The translations under genes were made by a program, and so were the position numbers. A stretch of 64,000 nt of DNA, from the NCBI GenBank assembly GCA_028534125.1, contig CM052816.1, forward strand, positions 82,896,001 to 82,960,000, read 5' to 3'. This stretch comes from Lama glama (taxonomy: Eukaryota). Below are positions 42,521-54,964 of the stretch, piece after piece; the stretch's first letter is position 1; every line of letters starts with the position of its first letter. A model generated the notes under the pieces. The model had not been told where the DNA came from. It saw only the letters and a program-made list of their open reading frames with translations, and searched no databases.

Positions 42521-45500
42521 CTGTCTCTCAACTACACACATTAGTGATATCATTTTATCCTTTCAATACAGATGAGATTATATTTGATAGATGACTCACA
42601 GGAATGGGTAACTGTCTATTTTTATGAAGTACATTCCCTAAATTTAAATATATGTAAACATATGATACATTTAAAAAAATAACCACATCACAGCAGTTAA
42701 CTTATGGACCATCCCCAAGATTCTAACTGGTTCCCTTGCCTTTGGCTTATATCCTGTCTGAACAGGAACTTAAAAAAATTTTCCACATGGAAATTTTACC
42801 CAACACATGCAGAATCCTCATTTTACTTTTCAAGAAGTGATGTCACTTTTAGGGCCATTACATTTTCCTCAACTAGTGCGATTTACAGTTCTGGGTTTTC
42901 ATGTCTTAGCAGACATCAGTTGGACGCACACTGACCCTCAATAAAATATCACCTTCTAGAGAAGTTCCTAGGTGGGCAAAATTCCAATGCAACTCTAAAC
43001 AGTATCTAGACATTACCCACATTACCTCCTGCCCTTTACCTACAGGTAGGCGGCTTTATCATCTGAAGGGTAGGAGGACTCTTCAGCAGATTACACAGGG
43101 GTAGCTCACTAGGTATTTAGTGTCTACTGACAAACATATGTGGTAAACATTATGTAGACTTTCAGCAAATAACCAGGTATTCTGATAGATTTTATTACTT
43201 TCTCCAGAGATACAAAATTATGGATCAATAGTGAAATCTAATTAAAACTTCATTATGCTTCATTTAGCTAAACAGATACACTGTCTATGGAGACAGATGA
43301 GTTAACCATTAACTAAAGAAAACTCCCAATCAGAAAAATTTTAAGCTTTGCTTTTCTGATAATACACCTGTGAATCATCTTCTAGAGAGTGTGCTGTGAC
43401 CTTAACATAATTCACTTAAGAAAAATGGCAACAGTATATTGTTCCATCTGTTCCAGAGTATAGAGGAAATTATTGTATGCTAGTACCAGATGTATTAAGC
43501 AGCACTGGGGAATTTTCTTCAATTTCTACCATAATAATATTATTCAAGGGAGAATCTCACTTTGGTTCACCAGCAGAATAGGCTGAATTCTGTGTTTGAA
43601 ATTACATCCTTTGTAAGCATTTTCCATATTTCTCTGCCATGGTTTACTCTTTCCTAGTGTTATTGTAAATTGAGGAACTCATTATGCAATTTTAATTTTT
43701 CCTATTCTAACACTGATACCCAGAAACAACTACAGTATCTCTTCAGTTTAGAATTCTGTCCTCTTAAATGTTCATGTCACTTGTTCTTTTTTTTTTTGTC
43801 ATTTACTTATCAGCCTAATTATTACTTTCTTAAAAAGGCCTCCTTTACCATTCACATTTCTGATTTTTGTTTCTTCACTAGAATTTAAATTTTATGAAAG
43901 CAGGAACTTTTCATATTCATATGATACCTTCAATGACTGTCTAGAATAATGTCTGATACAAAAGATGTGCCCAGCATTGATTTGGTGAATAGAAGAGTCA
44001 TCTGAACTATATTTCTTAAAGCATGGGTTGAAATCTGAATTTCACAAACCATTGATGAAATAATGAAATAACATTGATAGGTTTGCCTTTCTCAATAAAT
44101 ATTACAAATGGTATTTACTGTGAGGATTGAGAAAGGACTCTGACAACTACATGTGATGGTGGTCAATTGCCAGAATTCTAAAAATAACTTTAAAAATACT
44201 ATACCAAGTTCTTAAATAGCTCTATTATACGAAGATCTTATTTTTTTCAATTTTAAGCCTTAATTAAAATATACATTACCACAAGTAGAAAAAAGAATCC
44301 AGTTTAAATTTGTACAGCACAAAGTATATGATCTGACTAACAAGTTAGTGCACATGAGATTAAAAAAAATTAAGGTTTTCTGTTGCTAATGTAAGTATTA
44401 TAGAATTAAAATATAAGTTATTGGGTATTTTAATTTTCAAATGTATATTTTTAAGATTTCCAGTTTAAAATAAAAGCCCGTATACCATGCACAGCTGTGT
44501 AAAGTAATATGCTTATATTTTCATTTAATGAAATAGAAATAGTGATTATGATTTAGCAATGAGATCCCTTTGGCCATTTTTATTACCTGCTTGGCAAATG
44601 CCTGTAGGAATTATGGTTCTGAGCCCAGAAGTTAAAACCCTTACAAGAAAGAAATTATTTCCTGTTCTACATTTTGAAAGGTGTCTTCATTTTCCATAGA
44701 GGCAGTAAATAAATCATTTAACCATGTAGAAAAGTGCACATTGCTCCTCTTTTCTCTTTAGTAGGACAGAATGTAATAAAATACAAAAACAAAAAAGCAA
44801 AACTAAACACAACATACATCTTTTGGCTATTCTTTCAGTTTCACACATAGCACTTTTGACAACATAATTATAGTAAGACTTGATTGAATTTCTAAGGCTG
44901 GGATTAAAATAAATTTTTTTAACTTGCTTTACTTTGTTTACTCTTGGATGCTGAAAAACCTTGTTCACCTTGACAATCCCTAAGAACTCCTCCCCGAATG
45001 TTTGATTTTAGTCTGGTTACAGAAACACAAAAGCAGAAATTTGCTTTATGTACTACTGCTTTCTTCATCAACCACTGATGAGTATTCTTAATCCTATGCA
45101 ATTTGAGCAAATCAAGGCAATGTTATACCTGGCAGTGAGATGGGGTCTTTATGTAAAGGGTGATTAAGGATGTCAGTTTTCAGAATTAACTGCATGAATC
45201 TTGAGCAACCTCATCTTCCCTTAGCTGCAGTTATTAATTACAATCACAGAGGATTCTTAGTTCATAGAATTTGGTATCCCCACCACTCCACCCTACCCCC
45301 ATTTCTAAATAATGCTATATGTTCCTGCTGTTACAACTACTTGGTTTGGATTCTGCCCCTTACCAAAGTCCTAGGAAGAATCTTCTCACTTCTAATAGAA
45401 ATTCTACTTCTATCCCCACTTACTGGCTATCAACTTTGCTCTGAAATGCACTTCTGCTTTCTTCATGTTGGATGACAACTTTTAACATGCCCTACCAATC

Positions 45501-46059
45501 ACTCCATGGACCAGAGGCCACTGCCTATCGCCACTGACACAATCAAGACCTAGTTCACTATGTTCCTTGGGGTTTGGGAAAACACAATTTGGCTTGGAGA
45601 GACCAGTGCTTACTTATAATGGTATTCCTGATTTTAGTTCTGCCTGCTCTCAGCTTCTTCCCCTTCTCTATGGGCTCATGTTCAGTGTCCAATAATCTGG
45701 GCAATGATCCTGCTATAGTTACGACAGATTTTTAAGACATTACAGATGTTTCTGATGTCCTGGGTAAGAAAATTATGCTTTTTTTGATAGACAATGAAAA
45801 GAAAAAAGCTATTGTAAAACTTTGAAGAGGGCAATAAAATGATTAAAGGTGCTCTTGAGGAAACTTGAATAGTATGACTTTGCAAAAGGGAAAATGGAAG
45901 CAGGAACTTTTGTTAGATTCCAGCTGAGAGTAAAAGTGCTTTAACAATCCCAAAAACAGCGACTGGTAAAGAGGGGTTTATCACTTTATATCCCTTTATG
46001 GAACATTTCAGAGAAGCAAATTTACACAAATATTTCAGCAGGGATTATTTTAATTTTTT

Positions 46060-49000
46060 CTTTTATTTAGTAAGAACAATTGAGATTTACCCTCAAGTTT
46101 TTAAGTGTACAATACAGACACTGTTGTTAACTACAGGCACAGCAGATCTTTAAAACACTTTAATCTTGCATAATTGAAACTATACATATTGATTAGAACA
46201 CATCCCACTCCTCCCCTCTCTCTGTCTCATCCCAGCCCCTGAAAACTACTATTCTATTCTGACCCCATGATATTGACTCATTTAGGTATCTTATATAAGT
46301 GAATCATGCAGTGTTTGTCCTTCTGTGACTTGTTTAGTTCACTTTGCCTTATGTTTTCAAAGTTCATCCATGTTGTTGTATAATGCAGGATTTCCTTCTT
46401 TCTTAAGGCTGAATAATATTCCATTGTATGTATAGACCACATTCTCTTTATCCATTCGTCTGTCAATGGAAATTTATGTTGTTTCCATGTCTTGGCTATT
46501 GTGTACAGTGCTGTAATGAACCTTGTGGTGCTAATATCTCTTTGAGATCCTGATTTCAGCTATTTTGAATAAACATCCATATGTGAGATTGCTGGATCAT
46601 ATAACAATCAATTTTTTCTTAGGACTTTTATAGTTTTAGGTCTTATGTTTAAGTCTTTAATACCTTTTGATTCAATTTTTGTGTATGGTGTAAATGGGTC
46701 CAAAAATTATTTTGCACGTGGATATACAATTTTCCAGACACCAATTTTTAAAGAGATTAACTTTTCCCAACTGTGCATTTTTGAAACTACTGTTGAAGAC
46801 CAATTGACTGTATATGCATGGATTTACTTCTGGGTCTCTATTTTAATCCACTGGTGTACCTGTTTGTCTTTATGCCAGTATCATATTGTATTAAGTACTA
46901 TTCTTTTGTAATATATAATTTAAATCAGGAATGTGATGTCGCAGGCTTTCTACTTTCTCAAGATGGCTTTGGGTACTCGGGATCTTTTGTGTTTTTAAAT
47001 GAGATAATTTCTTTTCTATTTCTGTAAAAATGTCACTGAGATTTTGATAGTGATTGTACTGAATTTATAGATAGCTTACTCTAGAATGGACATTTTTACA
47101 ATATTCAGTCTTCCAATCTATGCACAAGGAATATCTTTCCATTCGTTTGTTTCTTCTTTAATTGCTTTCATCAAATGTTTGTCTCCAGTGTACTATTATT
47201 TCACCTCCTTAGTTGTTTTTTCTTATGTATTTTATTTTATTTTTTGCTACTGTAAATGGGATTTTCTTTTTTTAATATTTTTTATTGATTTATAATCATT
47301 TTACAATGTTGTGTCAAATTCCAGTGTACAGAACAATTTCAGTTATACATGAACATATATATATTCATTGTCACATTTTTTTTCTCTGTGAGCTACCATA
47401 AGATCTTGTGTATATTTCCCTGTGCTATAGAGTATAATCTTGTTTATCAATTCTACAATTCTGAAATCTCATCTATCCCTTCCCACCCTCTGCCCCCTTG
47501 GCAACCACAAGTTTGTATGCTATGTCTATGAGTCTATTTCTGTTTGTATTTATGCTTTTTTGTTTATTTTTAGATTCCACATACGAGTGATCTCATATGG
47601 TATTTTTCTTTCTCTTTCTGGCTTACTTCACTTAGAATGACATTCTCCAGGAGCATCCATGTTGCTGCAAATGGCATTATGTTGTCGGTTTTTATGGCTG
47701 AATAGTATTCCATTGTATAAATATATCACATCTTCTTTATCCAGTCATCCGTTGATGGACATTTAGGCTGTTTCCATGTCTTGGCTATTGTAAATAGTGT
47801 TGATATGAACAGTAAATGGGATTTTCTTAACTTCCTTTCCAAAATATATTTTGCTGGCATGTGGGAACACAAGTGCTATATGCATTTTGATTTCGTGTCC
47901 TACCATTTTACTGAGTTATTAGTTTTAACAATTGTCTTTGTGTGTGTGGAGTGTTTAGGGTTCTATATTTAAGATCATGCTACCAGCTAACAAAGATAAT
48001 TTTTCTACTTTATCCCCGATTTGGATGTTTTTGATTTCATTTTCTTGCCTAATTGCTCTGGATAGGACTTCCCATGCTATGTTAAATAGAAGCGGCAAGA
48101 ATGGACATCCTTGCCTTATTCCAGTTCTCAGAGAAAAGTCTTTCAGTTTTTCATCATTGAACATGATAGCTTTAGGTTTCTCATAAATGGCCTTTATTAT
48201 GTTGAGGTGCACTGCTTGCATACCTAGTTTGTGAGAGTTTTTATCATGAAAAAAAAGTTAAAATTAATAAAATGTTTTTTCTGTATCTTTTGAGATAATC
48301 ATGTAATTTTCCCTTCATTCTCTTAATATGGTGTATTATATTAACTTATTTGCATATGTTGAACCATCCTTGTATCTCAGGAATAAATCCCACTTGATCA
48401 TGGTGCAAAATCTTTCTAATGTGTTGCTGAATTTGGTTTGCTAGTATTTTTTTGAGGATTTTTGCATCTACATTCATCAGGGATATTGACCTGTGGTTTT
48501 CTTTTCCTGTGGTACCTTTGTCTAGCTTTGGTATCAGGGTAATGCTGGCCTAATACAATGAGTTTGGAAATGTACTCTCTTTAATTTTTTAGAAAAGTTT
48601 GAGGATTGGCACTGATTCTTCTTTAAATGTTTGGTAGAATTCACTAGTAAAACCATCTGGTCCTAGGCTTTTCTTTCTGGAGATTTTGATTACTGGTTTG
48701 ATAACCATACTAGTTACATGTCTGTTCAGCTTTTTTATTTCTTCATGATTGTCTTTGGAGTTATATTTTTCTGGGAATTTATTCATTTCTTCTAGGTTAT
48801 CCAGTTTATTTGCAAATAATTGTTCATAGTCAATTTCCTAGCATCCTTTTTGTGTTATTAGTTGTAATATTCCCTTTTAGGATTTTATATATTTGAGTCT
48901 TTTTATAGTTAGTCTACCAAAAGTTATGTCAACTTTTTAATCTTTTCAAGAAACCCATTCTTGGTATTAGTATTGATTTTTTCTATTATTTTTCTATTCC

Positions 49001-50192
49001 CCCTTTCATTTAATTCTCCTCTAATCTTTATTGTTCCCTTTGGTCTGCTAACTTTGGGTTTTGCTTGTTCTTTTTTTTTTTTCTAGTTCCTTGAGGTGTG
49101 AACTTAAGTAGTTTATTTGAGATCTTTTTTCTTTTTTAAGTGTTCACTGTCATAAATTTCCCTACTATTAATGTTTTTGCTACACACATAAGTTTTGATG
49201 TTGTATTTTCATTTTCATCAAAATATTTCCTAATTCCTTTTTGCTTTCTTCTTTGATCCACTGATTGTCCAAAAGTATATTGTTTAATTCCATGTATTTG
49301 TGAATTGTTCTGTTTTCTTCTACTATTGGTTTCATCCGCCTGTTGTCGGAAAAGATACTTGATATGATTTCAATCTTATTAAATTTGTGATCTGCCATTT
49401 TATCTATTCTTAAGAAAGATCCATGTGCTCTTGAGAACGTATATTCTGCTGCTGTTGGGGGCAATGTTCTGTCTCTTCATGGATTAGTCTTATACTAGAG
49501 AAGAATTTCACCAATTAGCCTGGCCAGATATTCTCAAACCTTTGTGCTAGTCCAACCCACTTTCTTTATTCTTAAAGTCTCCCAGGCATCTAACGTACGC
49601 TGATAACATCACTACTGAGACAAGAGAGAGTGAAAACAATTCTTCAGGTAGTCCCCAGATAAACTGGGTTGTTGGGCGCTCACTGTACCTCTTTCCTTTC
49701 CCTGGGAGAAGCTGAGACCTGGATTTTCAACTACTAACTTTGTCCTGGGCTGGAGGGAGTGGCCATGCCAACTGCCAGTCTGATCCACCATCTCTGTTCT
49801 CACTGACCTTGAGTGGCTACAGTCTGCCATTTCCTCTCAACATTCTGAGACAGACTAGACAGAAGTCAGTCCTCCTGCTGGCTGCTGGAAAAATTGGGGT
49901 ACTGGATGCATGATGCACCTCCTTCCCTCCCAAAGAGAAGCTGGAATCGGGAGGTTTCGTACAGATTGTAGGGCACTGTGTTGGGGGTAGGGATTACAGC
50001 AAGAGGGCATCTGGAATTTCCCTGTTTGTTCTTATGTGGCTAGTTTCACACTCATTCAGGGTGTAGAAACCTCTTAACAAGCTTCTGAATTTCTCATTAA
50101 GGGGACGTGCTCATAAGTTACTGTTGAATTGCTGTGCTTGTGAAGAAAATGGGGATTGAGGGCTTACTATTTCACCATCTGCTGATGTCATC
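46060..50192 (-). mobile_element. Old L1MA/MB-like element with 5' UTR, ORF2 remnants, 3' UTR and internal deletions
   Basis: ORF2 fragments LNIIKAIYEKPKA.IMFNDEKLK.FSLRTGIRQGCP.LPLLFNI (RT, 47955-48221), [16 protein letters not shown] (48589-48786), PTAAEYTFS.AHGSF.RID (EN, 49180-49464), DEWIKRMWSIHTMEYYSA (46278-46466); 5' end (minus) ggatgacatcagcagatgg. Confidence 0.9.
47269..47811 (-). mobile_element. Young 5'-truncated L1 nested in older L1, perfect 17-bp TSD
   Basis: gtaaatgggattttctt at 47252-47268 and 47812-47828; sequence closely matches 13333-13905. Confidence 0.93.
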
Positions 50193-51904
50193 CTAGTAAC
50201 TAGAGTTTTAAAAAGGTCAGTCTCTTTTTGTAGATCTTTACATATTATTTCCAAAAGTACTTTGGAAATATGCAGTATCTTTGTGTTTTATTTCATGCGT
50301 GTATATATGTATGAAATCTACATTAAAGTTAATTTTTTTTAAAAAATTTGAACATTTTTCTAACACTTTTAAAAATAGCCTCATTATAAAAACTAGTCTT
50401 GGAGTCACTGAGATCCAAAATTTCCATACTGCACTACAGTTTTAAATTATTTGTGACTATAAGTTCTCATTAATAATTCAAATCTCACACAGAGCAAAAG
50501 GAGAGATTACAGTTAAAGAAAATGTGTAAAATATTTGGACTTACACTATAATTAATGGCTATATTTTCCTTTTTTAAAGCAAACTTAAAAGCCCCTGAAT
50601 GTCACAGAAATTGTTAAGGAGAATAATTGTGAATGGAATGAATATGGTAGAAAAACTTCATATTCAATAAAAGAGGAAACAAAAGACAGTTAAATCTTTC
50701 AGTTTTAGAGAAAACACAGAACCAGTGAAACATGAACAAATAAAAACATTAAGGGTTCAAATATATAAATGCCATCCTATACATGAGAAGGAGTTATTCT
50801 TCTAGCATGTTTTGTGTGACATCTGTATTTCATTCCATTTTGATACATACCGGTACCTACCCTAGCTCTTCCAAGCTGATTCACATGCATAGAGAATAAA
50901 TTTATTTTTGTAACTTAACAGCTTCAGCTATCTGCTTCTGATGATAGATATGGATGACCCTCATTCAAGTAATTAACCAAATGAAAACTTAATTTCATGT
51001 CATTAATAGATCTTCTATACTAAAATGAAAGTAAAATTAATCTTTTTAGATTAAATGATTAAATGCTTAAGTAATCTAAATAGTAACTAAAAAGATATGG
51101 TTATTTCTATTACAACTTAACCATACTTCCTCTTACAATAGACATAATTTTGTGAAGTGGCAAGCTACACCAATGGCTATAATCACAAATGAAAAAACAC
51201 TCAGGAACTTTATAATGGACAGACTGATAAACAAATAGAGATGTAACAACTGTATCCTAAAAAACATATTTATTGGTAGTCCATGAGATGCTTCTAAACG
51301 GAAGATACTAGCTTTGCCAAAATGTACTGCCCTGTTAGATATACAAAAATGTCTTACTGATGCTGTCAGTTGTGTGTGTGTGTGAAAGAAAGAGAAAGTG
51401 AGAGAGAGAGAGAGACACTTCTTGTGAAATGCTCTTGACTATTCTTTGATTTCCAACTACAGTCACAATTTTGGAGTTTGGTTCTGCTCATGACACTGCT
51501 TCCTAACGTGACATTCTGCCTGATGTCTTTTTCAGAGTTATCACTTCACAGGTTGTTAATCACAAGGAAATCTTCTGTTTGCCAGGATCTGGCAAAATAC
51601 CAGGATGAGTCACTTCACTGGAAAATGAAGCTTCAGCAAACCTTTCAAAGATTATGTGAGGAAGTGTGTGAAGCGTCTGTATGTGAATACGCACCTGTAT
51701 GTGTAATTAGTGAGCAGCCTGCCTAGCTCATTTTCTCTAACACCATTTGTGAATCATCTGATGACAACAGCATTAATAACAGTAGCACAACCAACCCAAC
51801 CCTCTGTGTGCCTAATGCTGTGCAAAATCTAGCCTGTCTTACCTTGTTTTAAAAATGCTTTTTCTGAGAAAAGGATTATTGTCTGGATTTTTGTGGGGAA
51901 AACT

Positions 51905-52560
51905 CATGCTTATTCATTAATTTATCATGTATTTATCACATGCTCCCTATGTGCCAGGTCCTGTATTAGGCACTGGGGTGCAAGAGTGAACAAAAGATTC
52001 AAATATGCCTACATGTATGTTGTTTACATTCTATTGTGAAGAGACATGCAATAAACAGAATTAAAATGATTGATTTTATAGTCAATTAGAAGACGATTAA
52101 GGATGTGAAGAATGTGTGGCAGCTAAGAGCTGCAATGTTATATAGCGTAGTTAGGTTTGATTTCAAAGAAAAGGTGACTTTTCAGAAGAACCTTAATGAG
52201 GTAAGAAAAATATCATCTTAGGAAGAAAAATCACCAGTAGGAAAGTTTTAAGGTGGAGCTTGCCTGATATTTGAAGACCATCCTGGAATTCAATGTGTCT
52301 GTGATGGGGTGGACCACGGAGACAGTAATAGCCGGCCAGGTCAAAGATGGAAGGATCAGGGGAACTTGTAGCCTTAAGGGCACCACCTTTGAGTGGGGGG
52401 CTGACACGAACTTATTTACGTGCTTTTAAAGAGTCATCCTGGCTATTATGCAGAGGACATGCTCTAGGGAGGCAAAGGAGGTGGTAGACATGCATGAAGT
52501 AGCTGTTGCAATAATTCAGAATAAAGAAAAAGACGACGTGGTAGTGGAGAAGAGAAGAAA
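51905..52560 (-). mobile_element. LINE-2 3' fragment
   Basis: ttattcatt...ctatgtgccaggtcctgtattaggcactgggg...gtgaacaaaa is the reverse L2 3' end. Confidence 0.75.
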
Positions 52561-53690
52561 ACTGTCCTGTTACAGAGTAAGTGATTCTGAATTCAGACCT
52601 GCCTTACTTTAAATATGAACTTTGATTCCCTGTGTGTTTGTTCCAGCATTGCTATAGCTCAGCCTTGGGACAGTGAGTGCAACTTTCTTGCTTGACATTA
52701 TTGAGGTCATCAGAGACACTGAGATCAAGTGTTAGGGATAAAAGAATCAGCTTTGCTTTTGACAGACTTCTGAAACTTATCAGTAAAAGCCATAGTTGTA
52801 TTAGTAAATTTTAAGTATCTCCTTTTATTGGTCTGGATGGCTCCATACAGAGCAAGGAGAATGAGCACTGCTATTACAGTGACATAAAGAAAACAAGGAA
52901 CAAAATAATGGCTTGGTACTGAGAGAAAGAAATCAACAGTTTTCAGTGATTTTTTAAAACGTTTTTTAGCATGTGAGAGTGATACCTTCACAAAGGGAAC
53001 ACTACTAGGAATCCTTCTTATTAATGTTCTGTGGAGAGTAGTGACATGGCAGCTACTGTACTTATCTAATTTTTGAGAGAGTAGATAATATTTCTGCACT
53101 CCAGATGAAATTTCAAGTCATATATTTGAAGTGAGTATCTAGATCACTCTTGAGAGGATTTGGAAGATGCTATGGATACTGGGGAAACATTGAAAAAATT
53201 TATTCTGACAAAGTACAGCAATATTGGATAAACACAATAAATATATTCATGAACTGTTTTAGTCATTCCCAGAGTAGAAAAAAATAATAAAAATGTTCAG
53301 TAAATTAAAATCTTCTTATATAAATTTAAATGTATCTGTATCACCACTTTGTTTCCTAAAAATGAATGCTGAATAAACATTTTTTCAATAATTTTATATT
53401 CCATTAACACTATTAGGACTGACTTCCAGAGAATTACAGTAATTGGGCATTTACTCCGAGAGCATAGATATCAAATGAAAAGGAAAACAATGTCTGCATG
53501 TTTGCCTGATTCAGATGCTATTTAAGCCTCACATTTCCTGACTTTAGAAAGCAAGGGGAGTACCTTCTGTGCTCGTGTGGTGTGGCTCTCTAAGTCAAAA
53601 ATCAGTACTCAGTGCACTGAAGCAAGAGATCACTGGATAAAATTTCCTGTCGAAAGACAGAGCAGTTTATAAATATATCAAGGAAGGGGA

Positions 53691-53691
<1 letters not shown>

Positions 53692-53731
<40 letters not shown>
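53692..53731. repeat. (CA)n microsatellite
   Basis: Direct inspection. Confidence 0.95.
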
Positions 53732-54867
53732 AACGCATACTTGAAAATACTACTGGAGAACATCAATGAATATGTGATTATGCAGTTCTCAAAATTTAAC
53801 TATGATGATTAAATAGAAATTCCTGTTCACTAGCATTGTTAAGAATTTCAAACTAGCAATAAATGAATTGGCTTTGGTTTTCACAGACTTCTGTGACTTT
53901 AGTCACAGAGAAATGAGGAGTATGTTTAATACCAGTTAAGTAAATAGTGATAACTGATTTTATTTCTCCACACATTGTATAGGCTATAAATTTTCAATGC
54001 AAACTTATAAACCTAAATTATTATTTCAGTTTATTCTTCTTAAAATTTTAAGAATCCCATTCCACTCATCACCCACCCACATATAAAATTTTTTTCTTCA
54101 ACCTCTATCCTCCTCTGGTTACTGGTTTAACTACCCCCTCCATTCACAGACAAATTCATCAGAAGAGTAGTCTACCTCCTGTTGTCACTTTCTTATTATC
54201 CATCACTACTCAACTCATTGCAATTTGGCTTTATGTTATCAAGACTCTATCAGAACTTGTCTCACTAAATCTCTGGGATTCTCCTAACTGCAATGTCAGT
54301 GAATCGTTTAGTCTTAATTTTCCTTAATTTCTCAGTAGCCTCTCTCTCCACTAGACAGTCTCCACTTTTTAAAAAGCTTTTCTCATGAATTTCTTAAAAA
54401 GAATGTTCCTGGTGCTCCTATTATTCTGGTAATAATTCATTCTAAATTTTATTTTATTTTATTATTTTATGTTACATTCTCTTCCTCTTATATATACCCT
54501 TTAAGTATTGTTTCCTAGATCTCCATGAAGAATCTTCTTCTCCATCTATTTACCTGCCCATTCCATGGAACCATACCCATCTGCCTTCTTTCACTTATTA
54601 TCAAACTCAAGGAAATCCAAATGTAAATAAACATCTAGAAGTCTGATCCCCTCACCTGAGAACCAATGTATTAGATCCTCTGCTCAACAAGGGCTTGCGG
54701 ATTGCCACTGATCCTCCTGTCTAGTCAAGTCACAAAGTTTTGTGGATTTTAAATAAGTACTATTCATCCTTCACTCCTTCACTCTGTTACTGTTGTCTTC
54801 AATTTCTCATCCTTTCTCTAAAGACTGTTTAGTGGACTCACTGTTTTGAATTTGGATTCTCACTAAC

Positions 54868-54964
54868 CCTTTTCCTTTGTCTTTTTTTTTTTTTTTAATG
54901 GAGGTACTGAGGATTGAACTCAGGACTTTGTGAATGCACTCTACCACTGAGCTATATCTTCCCC
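54868..54964 (-). mobile_element. tRNA-derived camelid-type SINE with polyA and TSD
   Basis: Minus strand ggggaagatatagctcagtggtagagtgcattcacaaagtcctgagttcaatcctcagtacctccatt(A)15, with A-box (tagctcagtgg) and B-box (gagttcaatcc); TSD ttctcactaac at 54857-54867 and 54965-54975. Confidence 0.88.

Noticed and set aside
54897..54964. tRNA gene
   Set aside because: Has a polyA tail and TSD and lacks a complete cloverleaf; it is a SINE.
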